DNA from: Mobula hypostoma | Lineage: Eukaryota | Length of the DNA: 64,000 bases | NCBI RefSeq assembly: GCF_963921235.1 | Contig: NC_086097.1 | Location: forward strand, 192,326,001-192,390,000 | Reading direction: 5' to 3' | Shown here: positions 36,846 through 50,781 of the stretch, one piece after another | How the letters are laid out: every line of letters starts with the position of its first letter | How positions within the stretch are numbered: the first letter of the stretch is position 1 | The notes under the pieces: generated by a model | What the model was told of the DNA's origin: nothing | Database searches by the model: none | What the model saw: the letters and a program-made list of their open reading frames with translations, nothing else | Translations under genes and position numbers: made by a program

Positions 36846-37559
36846 CAGTGGGTTCAGTTTTCAACAGACAGCCAACCAATTGCAAAGAGTCACTATTGCC
36901 CTCCTTCTTCAACTTCAACTTCACTGTAGATCAGCCCTTGTGCTTGGCCACACTGGTCCTGGGAGATTGGCTCTAGTGATCACTGATTCTCCTCTGCAAA
37001 TAGCACAGGATAGTGAGGAGGCATTACAGTTCCCATTCAATGGATGTTCTGTTTTCAGTTCTTTTATATTGATTTTTAAAAAATTTTTGCTCCTTTATTT
37101 TCTCTGCCTGTTCTCACTTGTCTCATCCTTTATTTGATCTGGCCATTTGTTTGATTAGTGGGTTGAACATTTTCTTTCTCCCTGGAAATGTGTAAATGTG
37201 TATAGTTGTCCACATCTGTTGCATAATTCTCCTTTAGTCTGGTTTTTCCTTCTTCTGGTCTGTTTCCAACTGCACCAGCCCTATTTATTGTACTGAGGTT
37301 GTATTTGAAGGTTACTTATTTCAGGAGTCAATGTTTTTATCTTCCTCTTTGCAATTTCTAGAAATGTGTTACGTAGTGGGTTCTACTTTCTGACTAAGCT
37401 TCTGCATGTTGGAAGTGTTAATCCCAAAAGGTCCACTCACTCACCCATTTTCTGCTCATGGTCCACTTGTGATTTTCATTTACCTCTGTGACTCCTGCCC
37501 TCAGAGTCTCTGTTAGTTGCTAAATTTTTTTTGGTTCACTGTACTAATTATTCTAAGAT

Positions 37560-37920
37560 ACAGACAATACAAACCCTACCATCAAAACATCAGCTATAAT
37601 CAACACATGAACCTGGATGGAAGCCCAAGAAAAGTTTATTCAGCATATATGCCAAGAAAGCACTAGATACATTTTCATCGAGAAGCTGATTTGTAGAGTC
37701 CTTGAAAGTGATTCCATAGTTTGTGGGAACAGTTCAGTGATGAGACAAGTGAACTTATCCCCTCTGGTTCAAGAGCCTTATGGTTGAGGCGTGAGTCCTG
37801 AGAATCCTGTACCACCTTAATGGCAGCAGCAAGGAGAGTGCATGACCTGGGTGGTGGGGGTCACTGATGATGGATGCTCCTTTCCTATGACACTGTTCTG
37901 TGTAGACGTCCTCTATGCTG
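37560..37920 (-). mobile_element. Rex1/Babar-like 3' fragment
   Basis: Similar to 23600-23900. Confidence 0.7.
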
Positions 37921-37929
37921 GTATTATTC

Positions 37930-38500
37930 TATATTAAGTATAATGTTACAGGTGTATATGAAAAATTTATTTGAAAGCTCTGAATAGGATACTTTATTTA
38001 TAATATGTATAATATTCTTCCAACCAGCAATGAAAAAGCGCTTAATATTGTTACTTCGGGTATTTAGTGAGGTTCTTGTGACTGATGCAAATTAGTGAGT
38101 TTTTTATTACCTGGTTGCAACTTGGTCAAAGGTAATTGAAAAGCATCTATTTTCATAACATCAAGATGGTTTCAGCTTTTAATAGCATATGAAGAGCCTA
38201 AGTAAAATCACATTCAGCTAGTTAAGAGTAGGAAATACAATTTAAAAAATTTTGTTTTCTCCCACAGGTGTGGAAACTTATTTTGAATATCACTATCTAT
38301 CCAGAAATTTTGCTTGCTGTGTTTGAATTTTGCTTGCTCTGTTATGTCACTCTGCAGTTCAATAAGACATTCTTGCAATGTGGTGTCAACATCGTTCACA
38401 TTCACCCCAACTTCCTTTCAAAATATGACAAGTATCAGGAATTTGATGGAAGTTTTAGTGGCACGGGTCAGTGGAAGGCAAACACAAGCAGCCTCCTGCT
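37930..38500 (-). mobile_element. hAT (Charlie/Buster-like) transposase C-terminal remnant
   Basis: ORF 38214-38405 LQECLIELQSD..NFW..KFPHLWEK..LYF resembles the hAT dimerisation domain. Confidence 0.65.
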
Positions 38501-38774
38501 GCATACACACTGACTGGCCTCGCTGCTGGCAGCCCTGCCCAGTCTGCAATTTGTGGGTGGGTGTGGATCAGGGTTCAGCTGGCCTCTTTGTAGGTGTGAA
38601 CCGTGATTTGTGAAGCAGGAGCAGAGATAACGATTGATGCACCCCCCGCAGCTCCCCCTCCCACCCACACACACTCACACACTCACACACACACACGTTA
38701 AGCTGTTTAGCTGCCTGATTCGCATCATCTAGCATATTTTTCCATTCATTTCATTCAGGGTCCCAATTAAATTA

Positions 38775-39640
38775 CATAAGATTCGAAGTACATTTACGAT
38801 TAATGTCTATATGCTGTATACAACCATGAAGTTCACCTTCCCCACAGATGGTCACAAAGCAAGGAAGAACCATGGAACCGATCCATTCAAGGAAAAACAT
38901 CAAACATCAAATCCCCCTCACCCCACATGCAAAAAAATTGTGCAAATAGCGACAAGAAAGTACAAGGAGAAACACAGAATATAAAACACAAAATCAAAAG
39001 GCATATTTCAGTTCAGTTCAGCTCAGTGTTCAATATCTCCCGGCTGCTGCGATTCAAAAACCACCCAAAAGTACCAGCGAAAAAGAGAGTCCAGAACTAG
39101 AACTAGAAGTAGAACACATCATAAAAACTGAATTAGAGTCCAAATCCACAATCTGCATTGATTAAACAATGCGCTGGCAGAATGTGCTGACAGCATCAAG
39201 GAAGAGACAGTTCACTCGAATGCAAGGACATTCCCTCGGGAGAGCAAGAGACTGTCACATGCAGACACCTACTCTGGCAGAAGCCAGTGAGAGGCTGCTA
39301 GATGGCGTTGAACGCTTGCTCACCCTCCATACCTGCCTCGTTAATTTTAATCTTCCTTGGTGCTTTAATCAGAGAGGGATGAAGTCAATCATGGGCTTGC
39401 ACTCTGTTTCGTGGCTTCTTGGCCCCCATGCTGCATGCTTTGGTCATAGTCTTGTGGAGCACTCTTGGAGCCAGCGAAGTGCCAGATCACTCGATTGGCC
39501 CGAAACCGCACTGCCAGAATTTAAATAACAGGCTCTAACAGTAGCAGGACCAGATCTGAAATAAAAAGAAATGAAAGGAATTGCTCCATGAACCATCCTT
39601 GATAGCATTGTTTGCTGGCGCTATTTTCTACTGGTACCCA
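38775..39640 (-). repeat. Unclassified LINE-tailed repeat, related at its 3' end to 51400-51950
   Basis: Shared terminal motif (tttatt..aa.gt.tat..tg..tacaac..tga..tt...ttc.cc). Confidence 0.45.
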
Positions 39641-39641
39641 A

Positions 39642-40887
39642 ACCGTAAGTCCATAAGACAATAAAACATAAAAGCAGAATTAGCCTGCAGAGCTGTCTGT
39701 GGCAATGAATTCCACAGATTCACCACCTTCTGACTAAAGAATATTTTCCTCATCTCTGTTCTAAACGGATGTCCCTCAATTCTGAGACTATGCCGTCTGT
39801 TTCCTCACTATAGGAAACATGTTCTCCACATCCACTATATCTGGGCCTTTCAATAATGTGATCCTCCTCATTCTTCTAAACTTTAGGAAGTACAGGCCCA
39901 GAATATCAAACACTCCTCATACATCAACCCTTTTATGCCTGGATCATTCTCATGAACCTTCTCAAGACCCTCTCCAATGCCAGCACATCTTTTGTTAGAA
40001 ATAGGGTCCAAAACTGCTCACAATATTACAAGCTTCAGCATTACATCCTTGCTTTATATTCTAGTCCTCTCAAAATCAATGCCAACATTGTGTTTGCCTT
40101 CCTTTCTATTGACTCAACCTTCAAGTTAACCTTTATGGAATCCTGCATGAGGACTCCCAAGTCCCTTTGCACCTCAGATTTTTAAATTTTCTCCCTATTT
40201 ACAAAATATTCCACACCTTTATTCCTTCCACCAAAGTGCATGACTATGCACTACCCTACATAATATTCTACCTGCCATTTCATTGCCCATTCCTTCAATT
40301 TGTCTAAGTTCTTCTGCAGACACCCTATTTCCTCAAAATTAACTGCCTGTCCACCTATCTTCGTACTGTCCGCAAACATGGCCACAATGCCATCAATTAC
40401 ATCATCAAAATCATTGACATATAATGTGAAAAGAAGCAATCCAGCACCGACCACTGCTACACATCACTAGTCACCTGCAACCAACCAGTAAAGGCTCCTG
40501 TTATTCCTACTCTTTACTTTCTGCCAGTCAGCCAATCATCTATCCATGCTCCATGCTAGTGCCTTTCCTCTAATACCATGGGCCCTTATCTTTTTAAGCA
40601 GGCTCATGTGTTACATCTTGTCAAAGGCCTTCTGAAAATCCAAATAAACAATATCCACTGACTCTCCTTTGTCCATCCTGCCTGTTATATCCTCAAAGAA
40701 TTCCAACAGATTTGTCAGGTAGGTTTCCCCCCAAAGAAAACCATGTTGACTTTGGCACATTCTAGCATGGCCTCCAAGTAGACCAAAACCTCATCCTTAA
40801 TAACAGACTCCAACATCTTTCCAACCACTAACACCAGGCTAACTGGGTTATAATTTCTTTTCTTCTTCCTCCCACCCTCCTTAAAGT
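39642..40887 (-). mobile_element. 5'-truncated CR1 (RT to 3' tail)
   Basis: ORF 40251-40454 (MFADSTK); YLDFQKAFDK; CTTATGG-type tail. Confidence 0.9.
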
Positions 40888-41527
40888 TATTACATATTCA
40901 TTTATTTTGTATTTATATATTTAAGTGATATTTCATTAAAACATTAAAGCATCTTGAAATTCCTGTGGCACCCAGTTACTTGTTCTTTACTTACAAATTC
41001 CGGCTTGGTTTGGCCCCCTCGGGGGACCACATGGCCTATGTTGACAACCACAGCACTAACCTTTCACTCATAGTCTTAAATCTGCATTTATTGCATGCGT
41101 TTCTTATTCTTGCATTTTGTAAATTAATTAATACAAATCTATGAATTCATTGATTCAATTTCTGCTTGAGATTTATTTCTCAATCTTGTATGTAGCAATT
41201 TTTATTTTCAATGCTCAACCAGCTGTAGAAAAAACAAAATTCTTTTTCTTCTGTCAACAAAATTATATAGATGTTCTCCCCTTTGTCATCTGAGCCTTTC
41301 TGAAAACTACTGAGTATCAATTTATATATATTTTTTAAAAATTCCTGAAGGCTAGTTGCTTCATTGTTGGGTGGAATTGTGTAGAGATTATAGTCATATT
41401 TCACTTAGGGGCACAGTTTTTTTTTGTTTTTAGCATTTACACTACAGATGTAAAACAATATATTTTTTTATTTTACGCTCTCAACCTCTGCACCCTTGTT
41501 AATCTAATATGCAAACTCTTAGTCTCA

Positions 41528-42555
41528 ACCACAAGGAAATCAGAAGATGCTGGAAATCCAAAGCAACAACACAAAATGCTGGAGAAACTCACCAGGTCAG
41601 GCAGCGTCAATGGAAAAGAATAAACAGTCAACGTTCTGGGCCAAGACCCTTCTTTAGGACTGGAAAGGATGGGGAGAAATCGGAGTAAGAAGGTGGGGGG
41701 AAGGGGAGGAAGAAGGAGGGGAAGAGTGAAAAATGTGCTTGTTGGTGCGTCCTGCTGGAGTTGGTGGAAGGTACAGAAAATTATGTGCTGGATGTGGAGG
41801 CTAGTGGAGTGGTAGCTGAGGACAAGAAGAATCCTATTCCTGGTATGGTTGTGGGATGATGGGATGAGCGCAGTCATGTGCAAAATGGAAGAGATGCAGT
41901 TGAGGGCAGTGTTGATGGTGGAGGAAGAGAAGCCACTTTCTTTGAAGAAGGAGGACATCTCATTAGTTCTGGAATGAACATCTTCATCCTGAGAGTAGAC
42001 GCAGCAGAAATGGAGAAACTGAGAGAAGAGGATGGCAATTTTACAAGTATCAGGGTGGAAAGAGGTATAGTCATGAGAATCTGTGCGTTTATAAAAGAAA
42101 TCAGTAGACAGACTGCCTCCAGAGATGGAGACAGAGAGATCAAGAAAGAGGAGGGAGGACAAAGTTAATCTGAGGGCAGGGTGGAAGTTGGAGGCAAAGA
42201 TGATGAAGTTATTGAGCTCAGCTTAGGTTCAGGAAGCAGCACCAATGCTGTCATTAATGTAACGTAGGAAAAGTTGGGGAGTGATACCAGTGTAGGCTTG
42301 GAACATGGATTATTCCACATAGCCAACATTAAGTCAGGCATAGATGGGACCCATGCGAGTGCTCATGGCTACACCTTTGGTTTGGAGGAAGAGGGAGGAG
42401 CTGAAGGAAAAATTATTGAGAGTGAGGAGCAATTCTGCCAGATTGAGGTGAGTGAAGGTGGAGGGGAACTGGTTGTGTCTGTTGTCCAGAATGTAGAGGA
42501 GAACTTTAAGGCCCGGCTGATGGGGGATAGAAGTGTATAGGGACTGGGCATCAGA
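41528..42555 (-). mobile_element. Penelope-like element fragment (RT core and thumb, endonuclease deleted, pLTR end)
   Basis: DAQSLYTSIPH..NNFSF..FLQTKGVAMSTRMGPIYA (42334-42624) and LFLDLSV..TDFFYKRTDSH (41473-42162); degenerate hammerhead at 41626-41661. Confidence 0.9.
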
Positions 42556-43151
42556 TCCTTCCTTGCTCTGCCTAACTCTACAATCTTTTAGAGAATTGAA
42601 GACTTCCCTTTCCTTCTGTCTCATGTATGGTTCTATTCAGACTTTTCTCCAACACATTTGCCCCTCTTTGATCAGCTTGAGGGACCAAATTCCTTATTTC
42701 TTCTATTTTTATGTCTTTGCACATCTTGATCAAACTGAAGATTTCATGCCTCCTTTATTGACTTGAAAATATAACCATTACATGGTATTTTGACAGTGTT
42801 AGGTATAATGTCTGAAAAGTGAAAGACTTTTATAAGGCAAGTGTATACCTTACAATAATTATGATAAGTTGCCGATATTTAGTCCATACCTTATGCCATG
42901 TCAAACATAAAACTTAGAATTAGAGTTTTAAGAAGAGTTGAATCAGAATAGAACCTTACTGATTTTGGTTTCAGAAACTGATCATCCTATTGATAATAGT
43001 TCCTATTGTACATCTGGTCCTGCTAACATTTTATTTCATCAGTTCTCTTTAGGTCACCAGATGTCAGCAACCTCACAGTATAAACTAAGATGAATGAAAC
43101 CCTACTGGCAACTCACAGGAAAAACTAACCATATATGGAACAAGCTTTACA

Positions 43152-43400
43152 TGACGTCACTGCTGTTGAGTCTCAAAGGAGAATATTATTTTACATTAGC
43201 TTACAAATTAAAACTAAATAAGTCTTCATTGAATTCATCAAGCAGGAATTGTGATATTGTTCTGATCGAGCTAATATAATTAAGTTTCACAGAAAGCTAT
43301 TTTCCTGTGTTTAAAGCAATAGGTTAATCCAGAATCTCGCAGGAAATATTATCCACTCCGGGTCTTTATAACTGCCTTTGTTCCTCCATCTATATATGTA
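43152..43400 (+). promoter_or_regulatory. Candidate Pol II promoter (full CRE plus TATA-like boxes)
   Basis: TGACGTCA at 43152-43159; TTTATAA at ~43365-43371; TATATAT at 43391-43397; unique sequence upstream of a consensus splice donor. Confidence 0.45.
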
Positions 43401-43419
43401 TTATTTTTTCTCTCTCTCG

Positions 43420-43611
43420 ACATTCGGTGCTGCAGCATCACTGTGTATGAGTGCAGGCAGCAGGGATTGTGAGAATGTGTTTCAGTAAATGCTCTACAGT
43501 GAATGCATCAAGCCTGCTGGACAACTGCTGTTTACTAGAAAGAGCATCGTTTCAGGATTAGGTGTATTTTCTACACACGTGGTCTGAGCAGACTGTGAAC
43601 CCTGTGTAGAG
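43420..43611 (+). other. Candidate non-coding (5' UTR) first exon of an unidentified gene
   Basis: Locally GC-richer unique segment ending in GAG|GTAAGT (intron from 43612); all ATG frames close before the donor; start coordinate is a guess. Confidence 0.45.
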
Positions 43612-46600
43612 GTAAGTGCTTTTGTTTTTGTATGAGCTGCTAGATCCAGCCTTTTTACTGTAACCATCGGTATTCTTAATTTGATTGAAATACTGAGTCC
43701 AGAACTGACTCAAGTTATCATTTCACTTACACATTATTTATAGATCTAATATTTTCTTAGTGTGATAATGTAAACTTGCAGCAAGATTGTATATGTTCTT
43801 AATTTTTTCCCCTGTTAAAACAAACATGTGGAGTACAAAAAGAGCAGAGCTTGTTTGGTCCATTAAACATCAGTATTTTGTCTAATTGACTTAGGTTGTT
43901 TTAAATTTATTTCATTCACGTAAAGCAAAACACCATTCAGACCTTTAGTATTTAAAACTGTCCGAGGGACAGTTTCAAAGTAAAGTAAATGCCAGATTGA
44001 TGTGTTACTGTTCTTATATAAACCAATGGATGCATTGAGTCCATTGAAAATAAAGCCAGGCTAATGTGAGATGATGTGAGATGATATGAGAGGAGCCAGG
44101 TCCAGGAAATTCACTGTTCACAATGTAAACATTTGCTTCCACCGTTTTAGAAAAAGCTTTTCCACTTTGAATCAAATGCTTGATTTGTAAAGTGAGTGTG
44201 ACGTTGCCTTTGGTTTTAACAATCCAGTGTGTGATCTCTAAATCTGCCTGCAAAGAAGACAAATTAAAGCTGTATCCAGAAGTGCAACAATATTATTGAA
44301 AGATATGAGCATTTTCCTTTAATATCCTATGAGTCAGGGTAGGAGGCTATAGAATACATGATAGCAGATCCATTTCTGTTTCATTTGCTAATATATATCA
44401 ACATGTGAGTTATTGTGCAATAATTAGGAAGAACAGTCAGCTTTTGATTCCAACTCTTTAGCTTTTGATAAGAAACACTTAATTTGTTAATGTGGATTCC
44501 TTGAGTACATTCCTCAGTTTGTATTTTGATAGATATTCATGCTTGTTGTTAAGCTTTCATCTACATTCCTTAAGACAATAAAGTCTGATGGACATTGACT
44601 GGTCTTGGAATATTTCCAGATCATTAGACCAGAGGCTGATCAATAAAGCAAACAGTCAAAGTGAATGATTGAGAAAATATGGATCCGCAAATAATAAGCA
44701 GGATCGTACAGTAAAACATTCCACAAAAATTTGTATAAATTTATTTGTTAGATCCTCTATATTAACATTTTTTTCAGAAAAAGGAATGTGAAATATAAGG
44801 TACTTAATCAGAGTAAATGCATTGATTCAAATCCGAGTAAACTGAAAGCACAGTTCTAACTTGCATGCTTATATATATGTAAAAAAAAATCTCACCCCAC
44901 TTCCTCTTTCCTTATTTTGCCTGAAGAATTGAGTGAAAGCATAATGCATTGGTTACATTTCATGCTGGAGAAAGCCCACACTGACAGGAGAATTAGCCTT
45001 TAACACTAACAAAAGGTGATGGCCACTATGCTATCAGAACAGTTTTACCATGAAAAAGGTGAAAGCCCAGGGCAGGTGTACACGTGACTAGTGTTATCCC
45101 TTTCTTAAGCTGTGTTAATATACTTTGCCAGTTCGTGGTGTAGCGTTTGGCTGTGAAACTACAGCATTTTATTATTTGATGAGAGCAGATACAGTACCAA
45201 GTGATAAATGGCCAGTCATATATAGTCATCAGCTTGCCTCAGACCAGTATTCATTTCCAAGAGTAACAAAATTTCCTTTAGTAATCCCCCTTCCACTACT
45301 TAATTCTTCATGTACTGTAATTGCAGCATGGCTGCTTGGAATTTGCCTTATTTCTTACAATTAGTCCGAGACATCTTCATTGGAAGTATATGAAGAAACA
45401 AGTAACTTACAATTAAGAACATATGTACAATTGTCAGTAATACATAATTACTACATGCATGTTGTGGCAGAAATATTGATTTATAATGGGTACATGTTAA
45501 TAGAGACATGAGATTAAAGACATCATTACATGACATTAGAGATTAGTCTATTTCTCTATACAGAAAAAAATGTTTGGAAAGCAATTAATAACGTCTCAGC
45601 AAACAGTTTACTGAAGATGTTACACTGTAATTTGATCTGAGGAAATGAATGTCAATGTGGCAGGATCAGTTAGAACTTATAAACAGAACTAATCTTGCTT
45701 TCTGCATAGCTGTAGCTCTAAGGACAGGGTGTACTGGGCTGTGGATACCACTGCACAGTTGTGATAGTCTCTAGCAGTTAGCTCAGTCATATACTGATTA
45801 AGCTGTAAATTTCAGAAAGAGAAAGCCTCTAACTGAGAGGGCTGATGGTTCTATTGCATATTAAGTGTTAGTATGCCACTGTCCCATATGACACCAGAGC
45901 TACCACTTCTAGTAGTTTAGGTTAATGTGATAACAACGAACTGCACAGTTTATTGACCGGTAGTTTTCTTCATCGGGCAAGGCTTGTACTATAAACACAT
46001 TGTTTCATAAAAATATTAAAACATTATAGAATATATAATACATTTTGCAGATGAGACCATTTTCAGGTACAAAGGCTAACTTTGCTTGCATTGTAGATAT
46101 AACCCACAATAGATAATTACCCTTATTAACATCATATATATGTCACTCATGTGATCCATATTATTACTCTTGAGAATGATTCCACCTCTCCCCTACGTAG
46201 AGTCTCAATGTACTGAAAGTGGTCAGTGTGAAATATCTTCTCTTGGATATTAGTTATTTTACTAATATCAACATTACCAGTTGCCAATTCTTTGGCAAAC
46301 TGTTGAAAGACTGTTGGATATTTGCTTTCCATTGATACTTACTGGCAATGAAAAGAATTATCCATCTTTTTATATGAAGTCATATTTATTCTTCTGAGTC
46401 TTTGGTGTTCATAAAAAGCATAGAGTCAAATGATATAAATGTTTCACAGCTTTACTGTGGTAATCATGTTTCCATGAGAGATCAGTTGATCTTCTGATAG
46501 CCAGGATGAACAGTTGATGTAATCTCTCTTAGTCTATAGTAGAGCAAAATAATTATGTTTATTAAGTCAAAATTAGAAGTTAAATGTAGATTTAATAGTC

Positions 46601-49600
46601 AAATTAATCAATGTTTTGAAAGGGATTAAGTAGAAGCATACTTTCCTTGGTCAAGAATCAGTAAGAGGAAATAAAATTAGGATCAGAGTTCATGACATAA
46701 GTGGAATGTTTGTTTTTCTATATACAGCTTGTAGAAGTTAGTATACACTAACTTATATAATGTTGAGACTTTTGCAACTTTATAGAAGACGATTAGATAA
46801 CCATTTACCTGTTTGTAAAAAGAGAACTGTTAAAATGTTGGAGAAATTTCAGAGAAATGTATGCAATAAAAAATTGCTATTATATTACATGCCATCATAT
46901 GTACAGAGTCAAATAGCCTTTTCCTTTGCTTACATTTTCATAGGAGAGATTTTCTACTTTAGCACTTGCATAATCTGTTCAGCACACAATGTATGAAATC
47001 AGCAATGCAAAGCCTGTTTTTTTTTTGCCTTTTAAATTTAATTTCCTATTGGGAGCAGTGAAGCAGAAAATCTCCCTTAATTCTAAAAAAGCTACTAGAT
47101 AAAATGTTAATCAGAAAAATACAAACATGAAACGACAAATCAGAGCTCACAATGATGTGCTTAAAATCACATTGAATTCTCTTCCATGAATTGTTTAATA
47201 GACCCCATATACCTCCATCTGCATCTGCACATTTAGTATTAACATATGTAAATTCACCCTTAAACTGACAACTTTTACTTGCAAAGAAATGTACAAAGAT
47301 GTATATGCATGCACAAACATATCCTCGCACTATATGGAAATAGAACAATTTCATCATCATTCTGATAGTAAAAGCATGAGAGAGAAGCAGCTTACTATAA
47401 CAGGGAACAATTACTTCACAAATTGGTAAGGTACTCTTTCTTTATAGAAAATATTTTTGGTAATAATCTCAGCACCAATGGTTTGGCATGATATTTAGAA
47501 ATGTAAGTGTGAGAGTATGACGGTTTAAATTGCATCAGCTTCACACCCTAATGCGTAAAGCTTGACAGATCTGAAACATTCAATATCAACAGCTTTTGGT
47601 ACACTGTTACCTCTGAAACTTATATTTGACATTCAAACAAACTTTCCACTATTCACCATTAAAATCTTGGAGGTAGATCGGTGCCACATTAATTCTACCT
47701 TTTGCAGTTAAATTTACATCTTAACGCTAACAAGTAAATGAGCAGGGAGAACATAATCTAACCCTTTTCATGATTTAATAGTCATATTTTGCTCATTTAA
47801 CTCAATCAGTGAGAAATTAAGATCATTAGCACCTCTTCCTGTGCAAAATAAATGTCCTAGGAACTTCAAATTCATGTCCACAGTGAGAGCATTTGTGAGG
47901 AAAACTGTCACATTTTACATCAATCAAGACATCATAGTCTGTAAATGTCTGTTCGAAGTTGGTAGAGTGGTATATAAGGATACCCGTCAGTGTCTAATGC
48001 CAAGTTGATAGCAATGTTACTTATTTAGAGCTCGGTGTATTACCACATATCCTTCAATCCTGAGATTTATAAAGGTATCTTCCACATGTTGAAGGTTAGC
48101 TGCTGGCAGATTTTCTTTCACAATTTCACCATTACTTGGTGCTATCCATGGTTATTTCAATTTGAAACAGTCTGCAGGGTGAAGTGTGGCCAGGTAATGG
48201 TGCTTATCTCAAAGCTTCTGCACAAACCATTGCTTGTTAGCCTTGGATTAATTAGCGGGAAGAATGAGTGGATTGTGCAGAGCAAAACAACTTTGGTAAA
48301 GGGAGGAGCGTGGAGGAGACAAAAAAATGCTTATAAAGGACATTACAGCCAGAACTGTAACCTCAACGTAGGACAAGAAGTGGGAAATCAACATTGATTA
48401 AGGTCACTGTGCGCAGAATAAACTTTTAAATGTCTTTCTCCTTCCAGGCTGAAACTGACTATATTATTAACTTCCCAATGCTTGATATCCATAAATTATC
48501 ATTCCTTAATGAAAACAAGCAGTCAGAAAGAGATAATGGCTTTGCAGGGATTGTAGGCATCCCCATAGAGCAGAGTGCAATTGACTGCATACAATGACTG
48601 TAAGTACTACTTGTCAACCCTTCTGTACTCTGGAAAGATTCCACTTTCTCAATATCTACCCGGGTTGTGACTGTTGACAGCAAATCATGTGATTCAGTAT
48701 TCTGCAGCAAGATGCAGTGCTGAACTGATATAATACTCTGATATACTGTAAACCACAGTCATAATGGCAGTATGAACTTAGATGAGAACACTCAGCATTC
48801 AAATGTTACTTGGTCACTATGCACACTACAACATCAGCAATAATATGGTCTATTATGGCTGAGTTCAAAAGTAATAATTGGATTAAACACAGTTTCCATG
48901 TTGGGAACATTGGGCTCACTTTAAGTACACTTCTTAACCTTGGCCTCTTATCTGAGGGGATCAGCATTTCCTTTGGATCTTTCAGACTTAGCTCCAAGCC
49001 TTGACTTCCAGGGCTATCTGGTTATTACCTTCTAGGCACATCTTTTCAATTTCTCTTAGGCCTTGTGGATACAGAATACCTCTCCTACTTTGCAACACAT
49101 CTACAAATATCTAATGCGGCACCAAAATCTGTGAAATATTTTGTCATTCGTGCTGTCCCATTATTCAATATTTCCCAAGTTAGATTCTAGTAGAGTGCCT
49201 GCCAGCACTTGCACTGGCACAAGAGCGAAGGCTAGCAAAACTCATGGATCCAGCCAATGACCAGAATAATTCATACTGGCTGGAAAAAAAAGATATAAGC
49301 AGAGAACACAAAGTTAGGAATACTGTAGGCCAACTATGTTGACGTTTCAAATTTTGGTTAAATTGAAAAGGTGCATTAAGCTGATGAAAAGACTAGTATT
49401 TGCTTTTCATTTATTGCAAATGTGTCTATATTGAATGTTTTATGGCAATGAAAACTCTATTTATGTTTCTGAAAGTAACTCCCCTTAATGCATTGTCCAA
49501 CTACTTACAGTATGTTTAGAAGTAATGGACAAGGTGCCATGTAAAAGTTTGCGTCTTTGGCTGTGGTTTGCTCTGAAGAGAAAAAGCAAAAGACATACTT

Positions 49601-50674
49601 AGTTGACACAGGAAAGAGAAGGATATTGAATGGGGTGGAAGAAGGTGCTGAGCAGACTGCAAATACTATTGGTGCTGAGATCGATAATCATTAGTAATTT
49701 ACACCAATAACCCGTGACTGACTATACATGATAGTAGGCTGTATGTAAAGGTACTTTGTGGCTTCATAGACACAGCAATAGTGTGTTGCTTGGTATTTTC
49801 CTGCTGGCAACTTGATTAGTGATGCTACTTATTTCTAGCTTATTAAATTTAATCATTCGACTAGAGGGAATGTTCTGATTTTAGCAGCATTATTCTCACC
49901 TGAATAAGCGCAAGGAGAAAGCAAACAGATACAATTTGCATTTTAGTAGGTTATTAATTTTCAGATTTTGAATTATCTAATAGCTATTACCGTTCACATC
50001 AGTGCTTAATGTTCAACCTGTCTTTTCAAGAAGTCTGACACATACAATTGATAATTTTACTACTGATAGGATCTATGGTACAACTCTTGCCTGAAAGGTA
50101 ATTATCATTCAAATCCAAGTTTACAAAACTTAAAGAAGTGTTTTAAGATTGCTTGGGATGTTAGCCTATTGATTTAGTAAATGCTGATTTAGCTTTCAAG
50201 CACTTTTTTGATTTAGGTAAAAGTTTGAGGTAATTCGGTCAGTATCATGATATCTATGAATTATATATCTTTCGTGGAATGGAACTAATACAGGGCTATC
50301 CCTTGTTGATTGGTGCAGATTTAGGAGAAGAGAAGCCTCTTAAACCTGCTGTTAAATTAACGCAATCTCAGAGGACTGCGTCAGTTCATAATATTCAGCA
50401 CTGTAGGAAGACCCTGTTTTTCTGACTTCCAGGTAATTGAGTGCTGAATCGTCTGAACCTTGTTTGTGTCTTCAACCAACTAAACTGTTTAATTACTGAC
50501 TTGCGGCTCTGTGAACTTTCAATTATCTGAAATAATTTGTAGGCTGTGGAGTCGTTTAGGTAATGGGAATACTGTGTTCATATTCCAGCCTGTAGCAGTT
50601 CTGTGAAATAAAGGCCTGAAATACTGCCAGAAGCTTGTGCCTTCAATGGAGAAATGAATAACTTGCTCATAGTT

Positions 50675-50754
50675 CAGGGGGTCCTAACATTTTTTATGCC
50701 ATGGACCAATATCATTAAGCAAGGAGTCTGTGGCCCCCAGGTTGGGAACCCCTG
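50675..50754. mobile_element. 80-bp hAT-type MITE (opposite orientation to 5209-5288)
   Basis: CAGGGGGTCCTAAC / GTTGGGAACCCCTG TIRs; 8-bp TSD TCATAGTT/TCATAAAT. Confidence 0.82.
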
Positions 50755-50781
50755 TCATAAATCTTTCCCATTTTGTTCCAG

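Noticed and set aside
44014..49004. Short ORFs in the repeat-poor block as coding exons
   Set aside because: AT-rich random-like composition, no recognisable motifs and no convincing paired splice sites.
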